The notes under the pieces are model-generated. The model saw only the letters and a program-made list of their open reading frames with translations. It was not told where the DNA came from and did not search any database. From assembly GCA_947629165.1 (NCBI GenBank), contig CANRCR010000004.1:4347-68346 (forward strand): a stretch of 64,000 bases of DNA, in the 5' to 3' direction. The translations under genes and the position numbers were made by a program. Below, piece by piece: positions 28,320 to 38,900 of this stretch (positions are counted from its first letter, which is position 1; each line of letters begins with the position of its first letter). Source of the DNA: an uncultured Bacilli bacterium. Lineage in GTDB: Bacteria; Bacillota_I; Bacilli_A; RF39; UBA660.

Positions 28320-28889
28320 ATGAAAGTAACGGTTGGAATATCGAATCGCCATCTTCATTTAACCGAAGAAGACTATAAAATTTTATGTGGAGATGAACCG
28401 ATTGAACAAGTGCGACCTATTAATCAACCAGGACAATATGCATCGAATACATTTTTAAAATTAAAAACGGATAAAAGTGAAATCGACCGTGTTCGTCTTT
28501 TAGGACCTTTACGTTCGTATACACAAGTGGAAATATCACGAACAGATGCTTATCAATTAGGGCTTGATCCACCACTTCGTGAAAGTGGAGATGTCGAAGG
28601 AGCGGCTCCGATTACAATTATTGGTCCTTGTGGAACGATTACTAGAAATTGTGCTATTCTAGCTACGCGCCATATTCATATCGATCATGCGAAAAGAGAA
28701 GAATTAGGATTATTAAATGTAGATAAAGTACAAGTAAAAGTTCCGGGTATTAAAGGTGGAATTTTGGATAATGTCAGTATCAAAGAAACAAATCCTGCCT
28801 ACTTTGAAATGCATTTGGATACGGACGATGCCAACAGTCATCTCTTAAAAAACAACGACGAAGTAGAAATCATTGTAAACGAAAAATAG
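28320..28889 (+). CDS. pduL: PduL-type phosphate acyltransferase (phosphotransacetylase/propanoyltransferase)
   Basis: MKVTVGISNRHLHLTEEDY and a second VQVKVPG...DNVSIKE repeat are typical of PduL. RBS AGAGGGA and extended -10 TGtTATAAT. The ORF-track extension from 28191 is rejected. Confidence 0.8.
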   Translation: MKVTVGISNRHLHLTEEDYKILCGDEPIEQVRPINQPGQYASNTFLKLKTDKSEIDRVRLLGPLRSYTQVEISRTDAYQLGLDPPLRESGDVEGAAPITIIGPCGTITRNCAILATRHIHIDHAKREELGLLNVDKVQVKVPGIKGGILDNVSIKETNPAYFEMHLDTDDANSHLLKNNDEVEIIVNEK

Positions 28890-28893
28890 AACC

Positions 28894-30864
28894 TCAAGCA
28901 GGTTCTTTTTCTTTGTCTGTTAATTCATCAAAGACGGGTTCTAATCCAGTCGGTTCCGTTCCACGTAAATAATAAAGGATTTTGGTTTTAGTATCCTCAC
29001 TTGTCGCAGGATTTCCTGTAATTGGATTGACGAGTACCCCAACGACATTTTCTGGTTGAGCATACCAACTATCTTCTTTATTTGCCATATAATCTTCCAT
29101 CGTATCGGCCCAAATATTACGCGAATATTTATAATCACTCGTATCCAAACTTTGATTATCGTCATAACCGATCCAAACGGCCGTAACGACTTCAGGATTA
29201 TAACCGATCGACCAATGGTCGGTATCGGTGGTACCGGACTTTAAAGCGTAAGTATGGGTTAGTTTAGCCGCAATATTAATGGCCGTTGGATAGCTGTAAT
29301 CGATAAAAGCTGCATCGTAAGTAGAGGTCAATAATTGACTTAAAATATAAGTGAGATTACTATTTAATACCTGTTCTTTTTTATTGGATGCCTGGTATAG
29401 TACATTTCCCGCTAAATCTTCGACTCGTTCGATTAAATGAGGAGAAACACGGTATCCCTGATTCGCAAAAGCGGCATATCCTGCGGCCATTTCCATAATG
29501 TTTATTTCGGCCGTTCCCAAAGGAAGGGAAGGAATTGCCTGTAAATCAGCCGTAATTCCAAGCCGATGTGCGGTATCTACCAAAACTTCTTCTCCTAAAA
29601 ACATATGGGTCTTAACTGCATAAATATTGTCTGAATAAGCGATGGCAGTAGCAAGTGAAATTGGTTTCCCAGCATAGGTTCCACCGTAGTTTTGGGGCGA
29701 GTAAGTTTTATTATTAGAAAAAGTAAAAGTTGTTTCCTGACTCATAAATGAAGTACTCGAAGTAAATCCATTTTCGAGTGCCGCATAGTATAAAAAAGGT
29801 TTCATGACCGATCCCACTTGTCGCTTGGATTGTACCGCACGATTATATTGACTCGTAGTATAATCTTTTCCTCCAATTAATGCAAAGATACTTCCGGTAT
29901 CAGGATCCATCATCACACTGGCCACTTGTAAATTAGAATCCGCTTCAATATTATCTTTCACGTTTTCTTCGAGGGCCTTTTGAGCCGTTAAATCCAGTGC
30001 CGTAAAAATACGAATTCCCCCGGTTTCAAGGTAGGATTCTGGAATTTCCTCAATACTTTCTAACTCGCGCATAACTGCATCTTGATAATACATTACCGTA
30101 TTTGTATTGATCGTATTTTTTTCGCCAATAAAAGTTAACTCTTCCGCCATGGCTTGATTTTTTTCATCTTCCGAAATATAACCATTCTCTTGCATTCGAT
30201 TTAAAATTGATATTTGTCTTTTTTTAGCAATATCGTAATTGACTAAAGGAGAATAATTGGCTGGTGATTTAGGAATTCCTGTCAACATCGCGGCTTCTGC
30301 TAAAGTTAAGTCTTTCGCTTTTTTATTAAAATAGTAATTACTTGCATTTTCAATTCCAAAGTTTCCATGTCCGTAGTTAATCGTATTTAAATAACCTTCT
30401 AAAATTTCATCTTTAGAATAATGAACTTCTAATTGCATAGTTAACCACATTTCTTTAATTTTTCTTTCCCAAGTACGATCGAAATCCAAAAAAAGATTTT
30501 TAGCATACTGTTGTGAAATAGTGGATGCTCCTTGACTAGTACTACCACTCATAATATTAATATAAAAAGATTTTAAAATTCGTAAATAATCGAACCCAAA
30601 ATGTTCATAAAAATGTTTATCTTCCGTCGAAATAGTGGCATTGATTAAATAAGGAGAAATATCTTCAAGATTAACCCATTCCTGTGTCCCACTTCCCTGA
30701 AAAAATAAAGTGTTATCTTTATCGTACATCATGACGGCATTGGCACTTTTAATCTCTAATTTTGGAGTTAGTTTGGCATAGCCATACATTAACAATTGAA
30801 TAAAAACAAAACTAAATAAAAGAAAAATAATCGCTTTAAGACCACGTTTAATCCACTTTTTCAT
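28894..30864 (-). CDS. Bifunctional class A penicillin-binding protein (glycosyltransferase/transpeptidase)
   Basis: GT51 motifs (EDKHFYEH, GASTISQQ) and transpeptidase motifs SVMK, SDN, KSGT; N-terminal transmembrane anchor. Confidence 0.9.
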   Translation of the reverse strand: MKKWIKRGLKAIIFLLFSFVFIQLLMYGYAKLTPKLEIKSANAVMMYDKDNTLFFQGSGTQEWVNLEDISPYLINATISTEDKHFYEHFGFDYLRILKSFYINIMSGSTSQGASTISQQYAKNLFLDFDRTWERKIKEMWLTMQLEVHYSKDEILEGYLNTINYGHGNFGIENASNYYFNKKAKDLTLAEAAMLTGIPKSPANYSPLVNYDIAKKRQISILNRMQENGYISEDEKNQAMAEELTFIGEKNTINTNTVMYYQDAVMRELESIEEIPESYLETGGIRIFTALDLTAQKALEENVKDNIEADSNLQVASVMMDPDTGSIFALIGGKDYTTSQYNRAVQSKRQVGSVMKPFLYYAALENGFTSSTSFMSQETTFTFSNNKTYSPQNYGGTYAGKPISLATAIAYSDNIYAVKTHMFLGEEVLVDTAHRLGITADLQAIPSLPLGTAEINIMEMAAGYAAFANQGYRVSPHLIERVEDLAGNVLYQASNKKEQVLNSNLTYILSQLLTSTYDAAFIDYSYPTAINIAAKLTHTYALKSGTTDTDHWSIGYNPEVVTAVWIGYDDNQSLDTSDYKYSRNIWADTMEDYMANKEDSWYAQPENVVGVLVNPITGNPATSEDTKTKILYYLRGTEPTGLEPVFDELTDKEKEPA

Positions 30865-30969
30865 ATTTGTTTCCTCACTCTAACTTTAGTATTTCAAAAA
30901 GAATATAAAAATATGTATAGAAAAAAGGGACCTGTGTTATAATCGATAGTAGCAAAACGAGGTGATCAA

Positions 30970-31377
30970 ATGATTTATCACGTAAAAGGATTGCTCAAAA
31001 ATAAGGAACAAACGATTCAATATGATACCAAAGGTATTTGGAATCCGACTTTAGAAACTTTAACTTGGAAAGAGGAAGATGCCTTACATACAACGAATGT
31101 ACTCGATTTAAAAAATGGAAAATTATGTAGAAGTAATAAAGAATTAAAAATGATATTGACATTTGCTGAAAAGGAAGATAAAATCTTGAATTGTAAGTTA
31201 TCTAGTATATTGCATCCATTGATTATAAAAGTTCATATTTTAAAGATAAAACAAGAAAAAAATTATTTATTTTTAATGTATGAAACGAGTCTAAAAGAGG
31301 AAAAACTAGATAGCATCACACTAGAAATTCATTTTTCTAAATGGAAAAATGAAAAACAGATGCTAGAAGACATCTAA
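30970..31377 (+). CDS. Hypothetical protein (135 aa)
   Basis: ORF with RBS GAGGTGA; no recognisable motif. Confidence 0.45.
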   Translation: MIYHVKGLLKNKEQTIQYDTKGIWNPTLETLTWKEEDALHTTNVLDLKNGKLCRSNKELKMILTFAEKEDKILNCKLSSILHPLIIKVHILKIKQEKNYLFLMYETSLKEEKLDSITLEIHFSKWKNEKQMLEDI

Positions 31378-31426
31378 GTGCATATAATGTTTTAGTAAAA
31401 ACATAATTGTTTTAGTGGAGGATGTT

Positions 31427-31867
31427 ATGAGTGTAAAAAAGATGAAAAAAGATGAATTGGAATTATTATCCCATAAAGATATAACGAATTTACTATTAGA
31501 AGAAAAAGGAAAACGTAATACGGCCGATTTGTTTAAAGAGATTATTAAATTACTAGATTTACCGGCCTCAACTTTCGATACGAAAATTGGAGACTATTAC
31601 ACTTCCCTTACGACCGATAAAAGATTTATTCTTTTGGAAGATGGAACATGGGATTTAAAAAGTCGTCATACTTCCGATAAAAATATCCTAATCGATGACG
31701 AAGAAGATGAAGATTTAGAAGATTTAAAAGAAGAGGAAGAAGACGAAACCGACGAAGAAGATTTTGATTCGGCAAATAGTGATGAAGACGACGAGTTTGA
31801 CGATACCGATGATGATTTAAAAGATTTAGTTGTCCTTGATGAAGACGAACTAGAATTAGAACAATAA
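31427..31867 (+). CDS. rpoE: DNA-directed RNA polymerase delta subunit
   Basis: N-terminal HARE-HTH-like region and a very long Asp/Glu-rich C-terminal tail, typical of RpoE. Start ATG at 31427 with GGAGGA upstream. Confidence 0.85.
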   Translation: MSVKKMKKDELELLSHKDITNLLLEEKGKRNTADLFKEIIKLLDLPASTFDTKIGDYYTSLTTDKRFILLEDGTWDLKSRHTSDKNILIDDEEDEDLEDLKEEEEDETDEEDFDSANSDEDDEFDDTDDDLKDLVVLDEDELELEQ

Positions 31868-31928
31868 TTCTAGTTTTTTTAATCGAAAACTATGTTATAA
31901 TAATACCGACGGAAGAAAGGGTGAAACT

Positions 31929-32987
31929 ATGCTTGAAAGATTAAAGGCAATGGAAGAAAGGTACAATCAATTAAATAATGAATTGATGCAACAAGAAACG
32001 TTGACGAATATTCAAAGAACGACTGAAATATCAAAGGAAATGTCCGAATTAGAGGAAGCCGTACAAACATATCGTCATTATCGACAAGTAATCGAAGATT
32101 TAGAAACGGCGAAAGAAATGCAAAAAGATCCCGAACTAGCTGAAATGGCCCATGAAGAAGTCGAAAGTTTAACGCAGGAAAAAGAAGCCTTAGATCAAAA
32201 GATAGAATTATTGTTAGTACCTAAAGACCCAAACGATGGAAAAAATATTATTGCCGAAATTCGCGGTGCAGCAGGAGGAGACGAGGCCAATATTTTTGCC
32301 GGAGACTTATATCGAATGTATCAAAAATATGCTGAGAAACAAGGATGGAAGACTGAAGTGCTCGATGCGACCGAAGGAGAAGCCGGAGGTTTTTCGCAAA
32401 TTCAGTTTATGATTAAAGGAAAAAATGTTTATTCCAAGTTAAAATATGAAAGTGGTTCCCATCGGGTTCAAAGAGTACCGGAAACCGAATCACAAGGAAG
32501 AATTCAAACATCGACCGCGACCGTTCTCATTATGCCGGAAGCAGAAGATGTAAATATCGAAATTAATCCGCAAGATTTAAGAATTGATATTTTCCGTTCT
32601 TCCGGATGCGGTGGACAAGGGGTTAATACTACCGATTCGGCCGTACGAATTACGCACCTTCCTACGAACACAGTAGTAACGTGTCAAAATGAACGAAGCC
32701 AAATTCAGAATAAAGAACAAGCAATGAAAGTTTTAAAAGCCCGTCTTTACGAAGCGGAATTACAGCGTCAAGAAGAAGAATTAGGAACCGAACGTCGAAA
32801 CAAAATTGGATCGGGTAATCGTGCTGAAAAAATTAGAACGTACAATTATCCACAAAATCGTGTTACTGATCATCGTATAGGTTTTACAAGTAACAATCTC
32901 GATCGCATTATGAATGGGGACTTAGAAGACATTATTGAAGCCCTCATTACTGAAGATCAAAAAAGGAAATTGGCACAAGAAGAATGA
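31929..32987 (+). CDS. prfA: Peptide chain release factor 1
   Basis: GGQ motif (SGCGGQGVNTT) and PxT-region consistent with RF1. Confidence 0.95.
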   Translation: MLERLKAMEERYNQLNNELMQQETLTNIQRTTEISKEMSELEEAVQTYRHYRQVIEDLETAKEMQKDPELAEMAHEEVESLTQEKEALDQKIELLLVPKDPNDGKNIIAEIRGAAGGDEANIFAGDLYRMYQKYAEKQGWKTEVLDATEGEAGGFSQIQFMIKGKNVYSKLKYESGSHRVQRVPETESQGRIQTSTATVLIMPEAEDVNIEINPQDLRIDIFRSSGCGGQGVNTTDSAVRITHLPTNTVVTCQNERSQIQNKEQAMKVLKARLYEAELQRQEEELGTERRNKIGSGNRAEKIRTYNYPQNRVTDHRIGFTSNNLDRIMNGDLEDIIEALITEDQKRKLAQEE

Positions 32988-33799
32988 CCGTCGAAGAATT
33001 AATTGTTTATGGTAAACAAAAAGTTCATTCAACACATGCTAAAATGCTCCTTGCCGATTTATTAAATAAAAATGCTATCGAATTGATGACTTGTTTAAAC
33101 GAAGAAGTAAAACCAGAAATTGAAACAAAATATAGAGAAAAACTACAATCTCTACAAGCTCAAAAACCATTACAGTACGTAATAGGAAATGTTAATTTTT
33201 ACGGATATACATTTAAAGTCGATGAAAATGTATTAATTCCACGTTTTGAAACCGAAGAATTAGTAGAAAACACCTTAAAATTTTTAGATTTATTTGAAAA
33301 TGCCAAAACCGTAATTGATTTAGGATGTGGAAGTGGAGCCATTGGACTCACTTTAAAAAAGAAAAAACCAGATCTTGAAGTAACGCTAGTTGATATTAGT
33401 CCTGAAGCACTACAAATTGCGCAAGAGAATGCCACCACTTTAGAAGCACCCGTTACTTTTGTGCAAAGTGATATGTGGAATCAAATCGAAGGAACTTTCG
33501 ATGTAATTATTAGTAATCCACCTTACATTAAAGAAGGAGAACCCATCGATGAAATGGTTCGAAAAAATGAACCTGCACTAGCCCTTTATGGAGGACCAGA
33601 TGGACTTGATTTTTACCGAAAGATTATTAAAGAAATAAAAAATCACATAAAAGATTCGTATTTAATCGCCTTTGAAATTGGTGAAAGTCAAAAAGAAGCG
33701 GTCGAACAATTACTAAAAGAAGCTTTACCAGAAGCTCACATTATTACTAAAAAAGACTTACAGAATCGCGACCGAATGGTCTTTGCTTATCATTTTTAA
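32984..33799 (+). CDS. prmC: Release factor glutamine N5-methyltransferase
   Basis: NPPY motif (ISNPPYI) and SAM motif DLGCGSG; coupled to prfA. Confidence 0.9.
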   Translation: MTVEELIVYGKQKVHSTHAKMLLADLLNKNAIELMTCLNEEVKPEIETKYREKLQSLQAQKPLQYVIGNVNFYGYTFKVDENVLIPRFETEELVENTLKFLDLFENAKTVIDLGCGSGAIGLTLKKKKPDLEVTLVDISPEALQIAQENATTLEAPVTFVQSDMWNQIEGTFDVIISNPPYIKEGEPIDEMVRKNEPALALYGGPDGLDFYRKIIKEIKNHIKDSYLIAFEIGESQKEAVEQLLKEALPEAHIITKKDLQNRDRMVFAYHF

Positions 33800-33876
33800 A
33801 TAATTCCGAAAGGAATCGAACTTTGTCGTATCCTTTCTGTATAAATAAATAAATTTTTCAAAATGAGTATAAAAGA

Positions 33877-33920
33877 AAAATCACCTTTTCAAAATGAAAA
33901 ATAAGAAAAGGTGATTTTTT
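33877..33920 (+). terminator. Strong hairpin plus T-run (terminator of the prfA-prmC unit) whose 3-prime arm contains the spoIIR RBS
   Basis: 13-bp stem AAAATCACCTTTT / AAAAGGTGATTTT with a 16-nt loop, then TT, immediately followed by the GTG start of spoIIR. Confidence 0.7.
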
Positions 33921-34448
33921 GTGAATAAAAATATTTTAATTATAGTTATTTTCTTTCTTCTGATGAAGTTACTAACAAATTCTGTGGATAATTTAATTAT
34001 TCCAACCGATGCGATTCGTTTTCGAGTAATTGCAAATAGTAATAGTATGGAAGATCAAGCTTTAAAAATAAAAGTGCGCGATAACCTTCAAAAAGAAATG
34101 TTCGAAGTTTTAAAGAATAGTAAAACGAAAGAAGAAGCGAATATCTTAATTCAAACAAGTTTACCAACACTTGAAAAAACGTTAAAGAATAGTTTAAAAG
34201 GTACTTCTGAAACTTATAAAATTAATTATGGTATGAATTATTTTCCTAAAAAAATTTATAAAGGAGTAGAATATCCGGAAGGTAATTATGAATCGTTAGT
34301 CGTTACTTTGGGCGATGGTTTAGGGGATAATTGGTGGTGTGTTTTATTTCCTCCACTCTGTTTATTAGAAGCCGAAGAAACGGAAGACACAAGTGAAGTA
34401 GAGTACAAATTTTTTATTCAAGAACTTTTAGATAATTTTAACGTCTAA
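33921..34448 (+). CDS. spoIIR: Stage II sporulation protein R (SpoIIR)
   Basis: Signal peptide MNKNILIIVIFFLLM, then the conserved AIRFRVIANSNSMEDQALKIKVRD block and C-terminal WWCVLFPP. GTG start. Confidence 0.85.
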   Translation: MNKNILIIVIFFLLMKLLTNSVDNLIIPTDAIRFRVIANSNSMEDQALKIKVRDNLQKEMFEVLKNSKTKEEANILIQTSLPTLEKTLKNSLKGTSETYKINYGMNYFPKKIYKGVEYPEGNYESLVVTLGDGLGDNWWCVLFPPLCLLEAEETEDTSEVEYKFFIQELLDNFNV

Positions 34449-34478
34449 TTATACTTCTATTCTCGTAGAATAGTTTAG

Positions 34479-35024
34479 GTGATATACTTGGCAACCTTTT
34501 TTCCGATTATTCTAATGGGTATAGGACTCTCGATGGATGCTTTTTCCTTAGCTATTTTGTATGGAACGTTATCATTACCAAAGAAAAAGATGCTTACATT
34601 AAGCATCCTAGTAGGAATCTTCCACTTCTTTATGCCACTTTTTGGCTATGCTTGTGGCAAAACATTATTAAACTTTATCTCTATTAATCCACATGTTTTA
34701 ATGGGAGTAATCTTTTGCTTAATTGCTATTCAAATGTTTTTTTCACTTTCTAAAGAAGAAGAACTTCTTCCTTTAGAAGGCATAATTACTTTATTACTCT
34801 TTGCCTTTACTGTCAGTATAGATAGCTTTTCGATTGGTATCGGTCTAGGTGGATTTAGTGGAAATATCTTCATAGCTCCACTTATCTTTTCGCTTACATC
34901 ATTTACATTTACTATCTCAGGTTTAGTTTTAGGCAAAAAAATAAACAAAATCGTGGGAAATATCTCGACTTTAATAGGTAGCTTACTTTTGTTTATACTG
35001 GGACTTTATTACTTTTTTACCTAG
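34479..35024 (+). CDS. mntP: Manganese efflux pump MntP
   Basis: Two DUF204 repeats (GLSMDAFS and VSIDSFSIGIG); the start may be TTG at 34488. Confidence 0.8.
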   Translation: MIYLATFFPIILMGIGLSMDAFSLAILYGTLSLPKKKMLTLSILVGIFHFFMPLFGYACGKTLLNFISINPHVLMGVIFCLIAIQMFFSLSKEEELLPLEGIITLLLFAFTVSIDSFSIGIGLGGFSGNIFIAPLIFSLTSFTFTISGLVLGKKINKIVGNISTLIGSLLLFILGLYYFFT

Positions 35025-35025
35025 T

Positions 35026-35763
35026 TTATCCTACTTTTTTAGCATATAGAATAAGGAACTGTTTCGGATTAAAGAGACAAGTCTGCAAAACTAATATTTG
35101 ATCATTTTGAGTAACCTGCTCATTAGTATCAAAAAGCGCATTCTCTCTCATTCTTTGAACATGATTTACAAAGTCTTCTCCCTCATATGAAATAATCATA
35201 TGTTCATCATAACTTTTGGGTTCCAAACTAGCTGCAAAGATTTTATAAGAGTAATTTCCTTGATCCGTTTTTAAAACCAAATCTAAATTGTTATTAAAAA
35301 AATTCTCATCTTGATATTTTTCTAACTTTCCAAAAGGAATATCCTGACTATCCGAATTATGTCCATATATATTTATTTGTTTGGCAGAATCTACATCAAT
35401 CGTTCTATAATCCATAAAGATAGCTCCATTGATATCTTTATTTTTTTGAATGTTATGGTTTAAATAAAAATCATTGTCATTTCCTTTAACAACTAACTCC
35501 TCTAACTCGATAGAAGGTATTACTATAGAGGCGATAATATCGTCATTGTGATAAAGATCTCTAAAAAGAGCTAACGATTTTTCCTCTGCACTATTATTTT
35601 CGATAGGACTAGGGGTTGGTTCCATTGTTTCATTAGGTACGTTATTCTCCTGTTTATCTTGTCGATTGTTTTCATACAAAGCCCCCAAAACACCTAAAAA
35701 AATGACTGAAAAACCAATTATTACTATAGATAAAAACAAATATTTCTTTTTCATCGTTCCCAC
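35026..35763 (-). CDS. srtB: Class B sortase
   Basis: N-terminal transmembrane anchor and catalytic TLxTC motif (LQTCLF); divergent from its likely substrate gene. Confidence 0.8.
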   Translation of the reverse strand: MGTMKKKYLFLSIVIIGFSVIFLGVLGALYENNRQDKQENNVPNETMEPTPSPIENNSAEEKSLALFRDLYHNDDIIASIVIPSIELEELVVKGNDNDFYLNHNIQKNKDINGAIFMDYRTIDVDSAKQINIYGHNSDSQDIPFGKLEKYQDENFFNNNLDLVLKTDQGNYSYKIFAASLEPKSYDEHMIISYEGEDFVNHVQRMRENALFDTNEQVTQNDQILVLQTCLFNPKQFLILYAKKVG

Positions 35764-35911
35764 CTGGTATTAGTGTATCAAATAATCTATAAGAAGTCTA
35801 TTTCGATTTTGCTAGGAAAATATTAGATAGATACTTTATTTATGTTGACTTTCCAAGCTTCATCTTGATAGAATATGCTATAAAGACAAAAACTTTTTAT
35901 GGGAGGAATTT

Positions 35912-38900
35912 ATGAAAAAACACAAAGGTAGGATAATCTCATTTGTATTATTTGCGTTAGTCTTCTTAGGCTTTGCAGCGGTACCACAGGTTTTAGCGGA
36001 TCCAATTGTTCATAATGTTGAACCTGGTACAGGTACTTTAAAAAAGGCACTTGAAGATTCGAATGTAAATGATGGAGATATCTTTATTTTAAGAGAAGGT
36101 TCTTATAGTGGAGTAGCCGAAGAACCAGTAAAGATAACCAAGGCTATTACATTACAAGGAGTAGGAAGTAATTATCGTAGTAACCGTGCTACTACAACGA
36201 TTAACGTTCCTATTGAGATTGATGTAGAAAGTCCTGAGAAGACAGTAACTTTAAAAGGTATTTCATCAGGTATTCAATCAGTCTCTAGAGATTATATGTT
36301 TGTCAAAGTGAATAGTCCGGTTCATTTAATTATGGATGATGTTTCTAACTGGGGAATATTACGTGGTGAATCAAACGGAAAATTTGGTGTTCATGAAGCA
36401 ACATCTCTTAAAGTTGAACAAGAAGCGGATGGTTCTAATATCGAAATAAAAAATAGTCGCTTATCTCGTGCTGGAACACATTATGGAATCAATATTCTTT
36501 CATCGAATACCACAGTTACCGTTAATGATTCCGAGATTCATGGAAGAACAGCTATTAACTTAGAATCTGGAAGTGGTAATAACATTACCATTAATAATAC
36601 AGGTATCGAAGGACGTTCCATTTATTATGCCGATGCTATGGCTATTAACGTAAAAGAACAAAATAATCTAACAATGAATTTAAATAACGTAGATATCGTA
36701 GGTACCTATACAAAAGATGGTAACCCTGACCAAAAAGAAAGTATCTTTGCTTTTAGCAATAATAATAATACGGTAAATCTTAGTCTATCTGAAGTTACGA
36801 TTGAAGATAGAAGTAAATCAAGTGAAAGTGTAATTTTTGATTTCGGTGACAATGCTACTTCTCAAAATATCCAAATTACGGACAATGCCACCAAGTACTT
36901 ATCAACAGATAATCAACCTGTCACTTTAGACCATAAATATAGTAAAGGTGACACTTATGCCGTTGTTGGAACTTATGACTTTGAAGGCAAAGGTGAAATT
37001 AATATCCATGCAGGAAATACCGAAATTTCAGAATTAGAAAATCCAAAATATATAACCAAGGAAAATTATAACTTTAAAGGTTGGTTCAAGAATTTTGATG
37101 GAACTGCTTATTCGGACGAATATACCAAGGCTGGTGAAAGTTATCCTCAAACTGTTGCAGGAACTAACTTGGATTTATATGCTAAACTAGTTAAAGTTTT
37201 GAAAGTAAAAATTACAGGTATCCCTAAAGATGGTGGAACGGAAGAAAAAGAGTTTGATGTCGAAGAAGGAGAAACCCTTGAACAAAGCGCTTCTCATGTA
37301 GATATAAAAGATGCTTTAGATAAGATTAAAGCTAGTAAACCTGATCAAACATTCCAAGGATATATTGTTTATAATGATAAAGGTGCCCAAACCTATAAAC
37401 CTGAACAAGAAGATGTACTTTTCAAAGAATTATCGATTACTCAAGATTGTCAAATTGAGGCTATTCATCAAGTTAAAGTAACAATTAATGGTACGGAATT
37501 TTTTATCAATTCCGGTCAAACTTTAAAAGATCTTAAGAGTAGTAAACCAAGCGAATACGATACTGCTAAAATGTTAAATAGTAAAAACCGTGAATTTTCT
37601 CGTTTTGTTGATGCCGAAGGACAAGAAGTAAGTGAAGAAAAAATGCTTACTGCTAATGTCGAGTTAACTTCGAAGTTCCTAGTTAAAGTAACGATTGCTA
37701 GTCAAGAATATTCGATTGAAGAAGGACAAAAACTAAATAGTAAAGATGATATAAAAGAGGCTTTAGAAAGTCTTAAAACAGTCGAAGGAAAACGTTTTGG
37801 TAGATTTGTAATAAATAATGAAGAAATTAATCCAGATGACAAAACATTAACCGAAGATGCTACCATCACCGCTATTTATGTAATACAAGTAACCATCGGT
37901 GAAAGCGATTCTTATACGATTGATGAAGGCAAAAATTTAAATAGTTTAACAGCTCAACAAGAAGAAATAAAAGGTAAAATAAAGGCGCTAGAAAATACCG
38001 TTCCTATGGATCAAAGTTTTAAAGGAATCGCTGTATTTGATACAGAAAATGGTCAAGATAGGAAATTATATCAAACATCACAAGAAAAAAATATCGAAGC
38101 TATTGCTGAAGAAATAATGAATGAAACATTCTCTAAAGATACCAAAGTAATGGCTGAATACAATGTAAAAGTTACAATTAAAGGTGCTACGGAAGATGCC
38201 AATAAAACATTTGAGGTAGAAATTGGTTCAACCCTAGAAGACCTTACGAAAGATGCTAATGCTTCTTCTTATAAAGAGGCTAAATATCGGGATAAAGATG
38301 AAGATCGCTTCTCTCGTTTTATCGATGAAGAGAGTCATACGTTTGAAGAAAATAAACCGATTGAGGCCAATGTAACTTTAACGCCAATTTATTTTGTAAA
38401 GGTAACGATAAGTGGTAGCCAATATCTACTTGAAGAAAATCAAACCATCGATGATTTTACTAATGAAGATGCCAAGGCCGCTTTAGCAAAATTAAGAACT
38501 GATAAGACGGATGAAGATAGTAACATCAATTTACATTTTGAAAAGTTAGTACTTAAGGATAGTACCGATCAAACCGTCGATGATAAATACCAAATCACTA
38601 AAGATATTGAGATTATTGGAATCTATCACTACGATGTAAAAATTCACGAAGATTATAAAGATGAAACAGAAGATAAAGTCAAAAGATATAATGTCCTTGA
38701 AGGTAAAAATTTATCGGAAGATGACCAACAGGAAGCGATTTCTACATCCTTAGAAGCATTAAAAAACAGCACTATAGCATCAAATCAACAATTCTATAAA
38801 TTTTATGATTTATTATCAAGTAAAGAATACACGGAAGAAGAATTATTAAATACTATTTTCAATACGCATATTGATATTTCTGCTAAAGTTTCTTATAAGG

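Noticed and set aside
33838-33876. Possible sigma-F/sigma-G promoter for spoIIR (GTATA at 33839)
   Set aside because: No acceptable -10 element (GGnnAnAnTA or CATnnTA) at the correct spacing. Left open rather than called.
34449-34487. yybP-ykoY manganese riboswitch upstream of mntP
   Set aside because: Only about 40 nt of intergenic sequence, which is too short for the riboswitch. Only a small palindrome CTATTCT-CGT-AGAATAG (34457-34473) is present, possibly a weak terminator.
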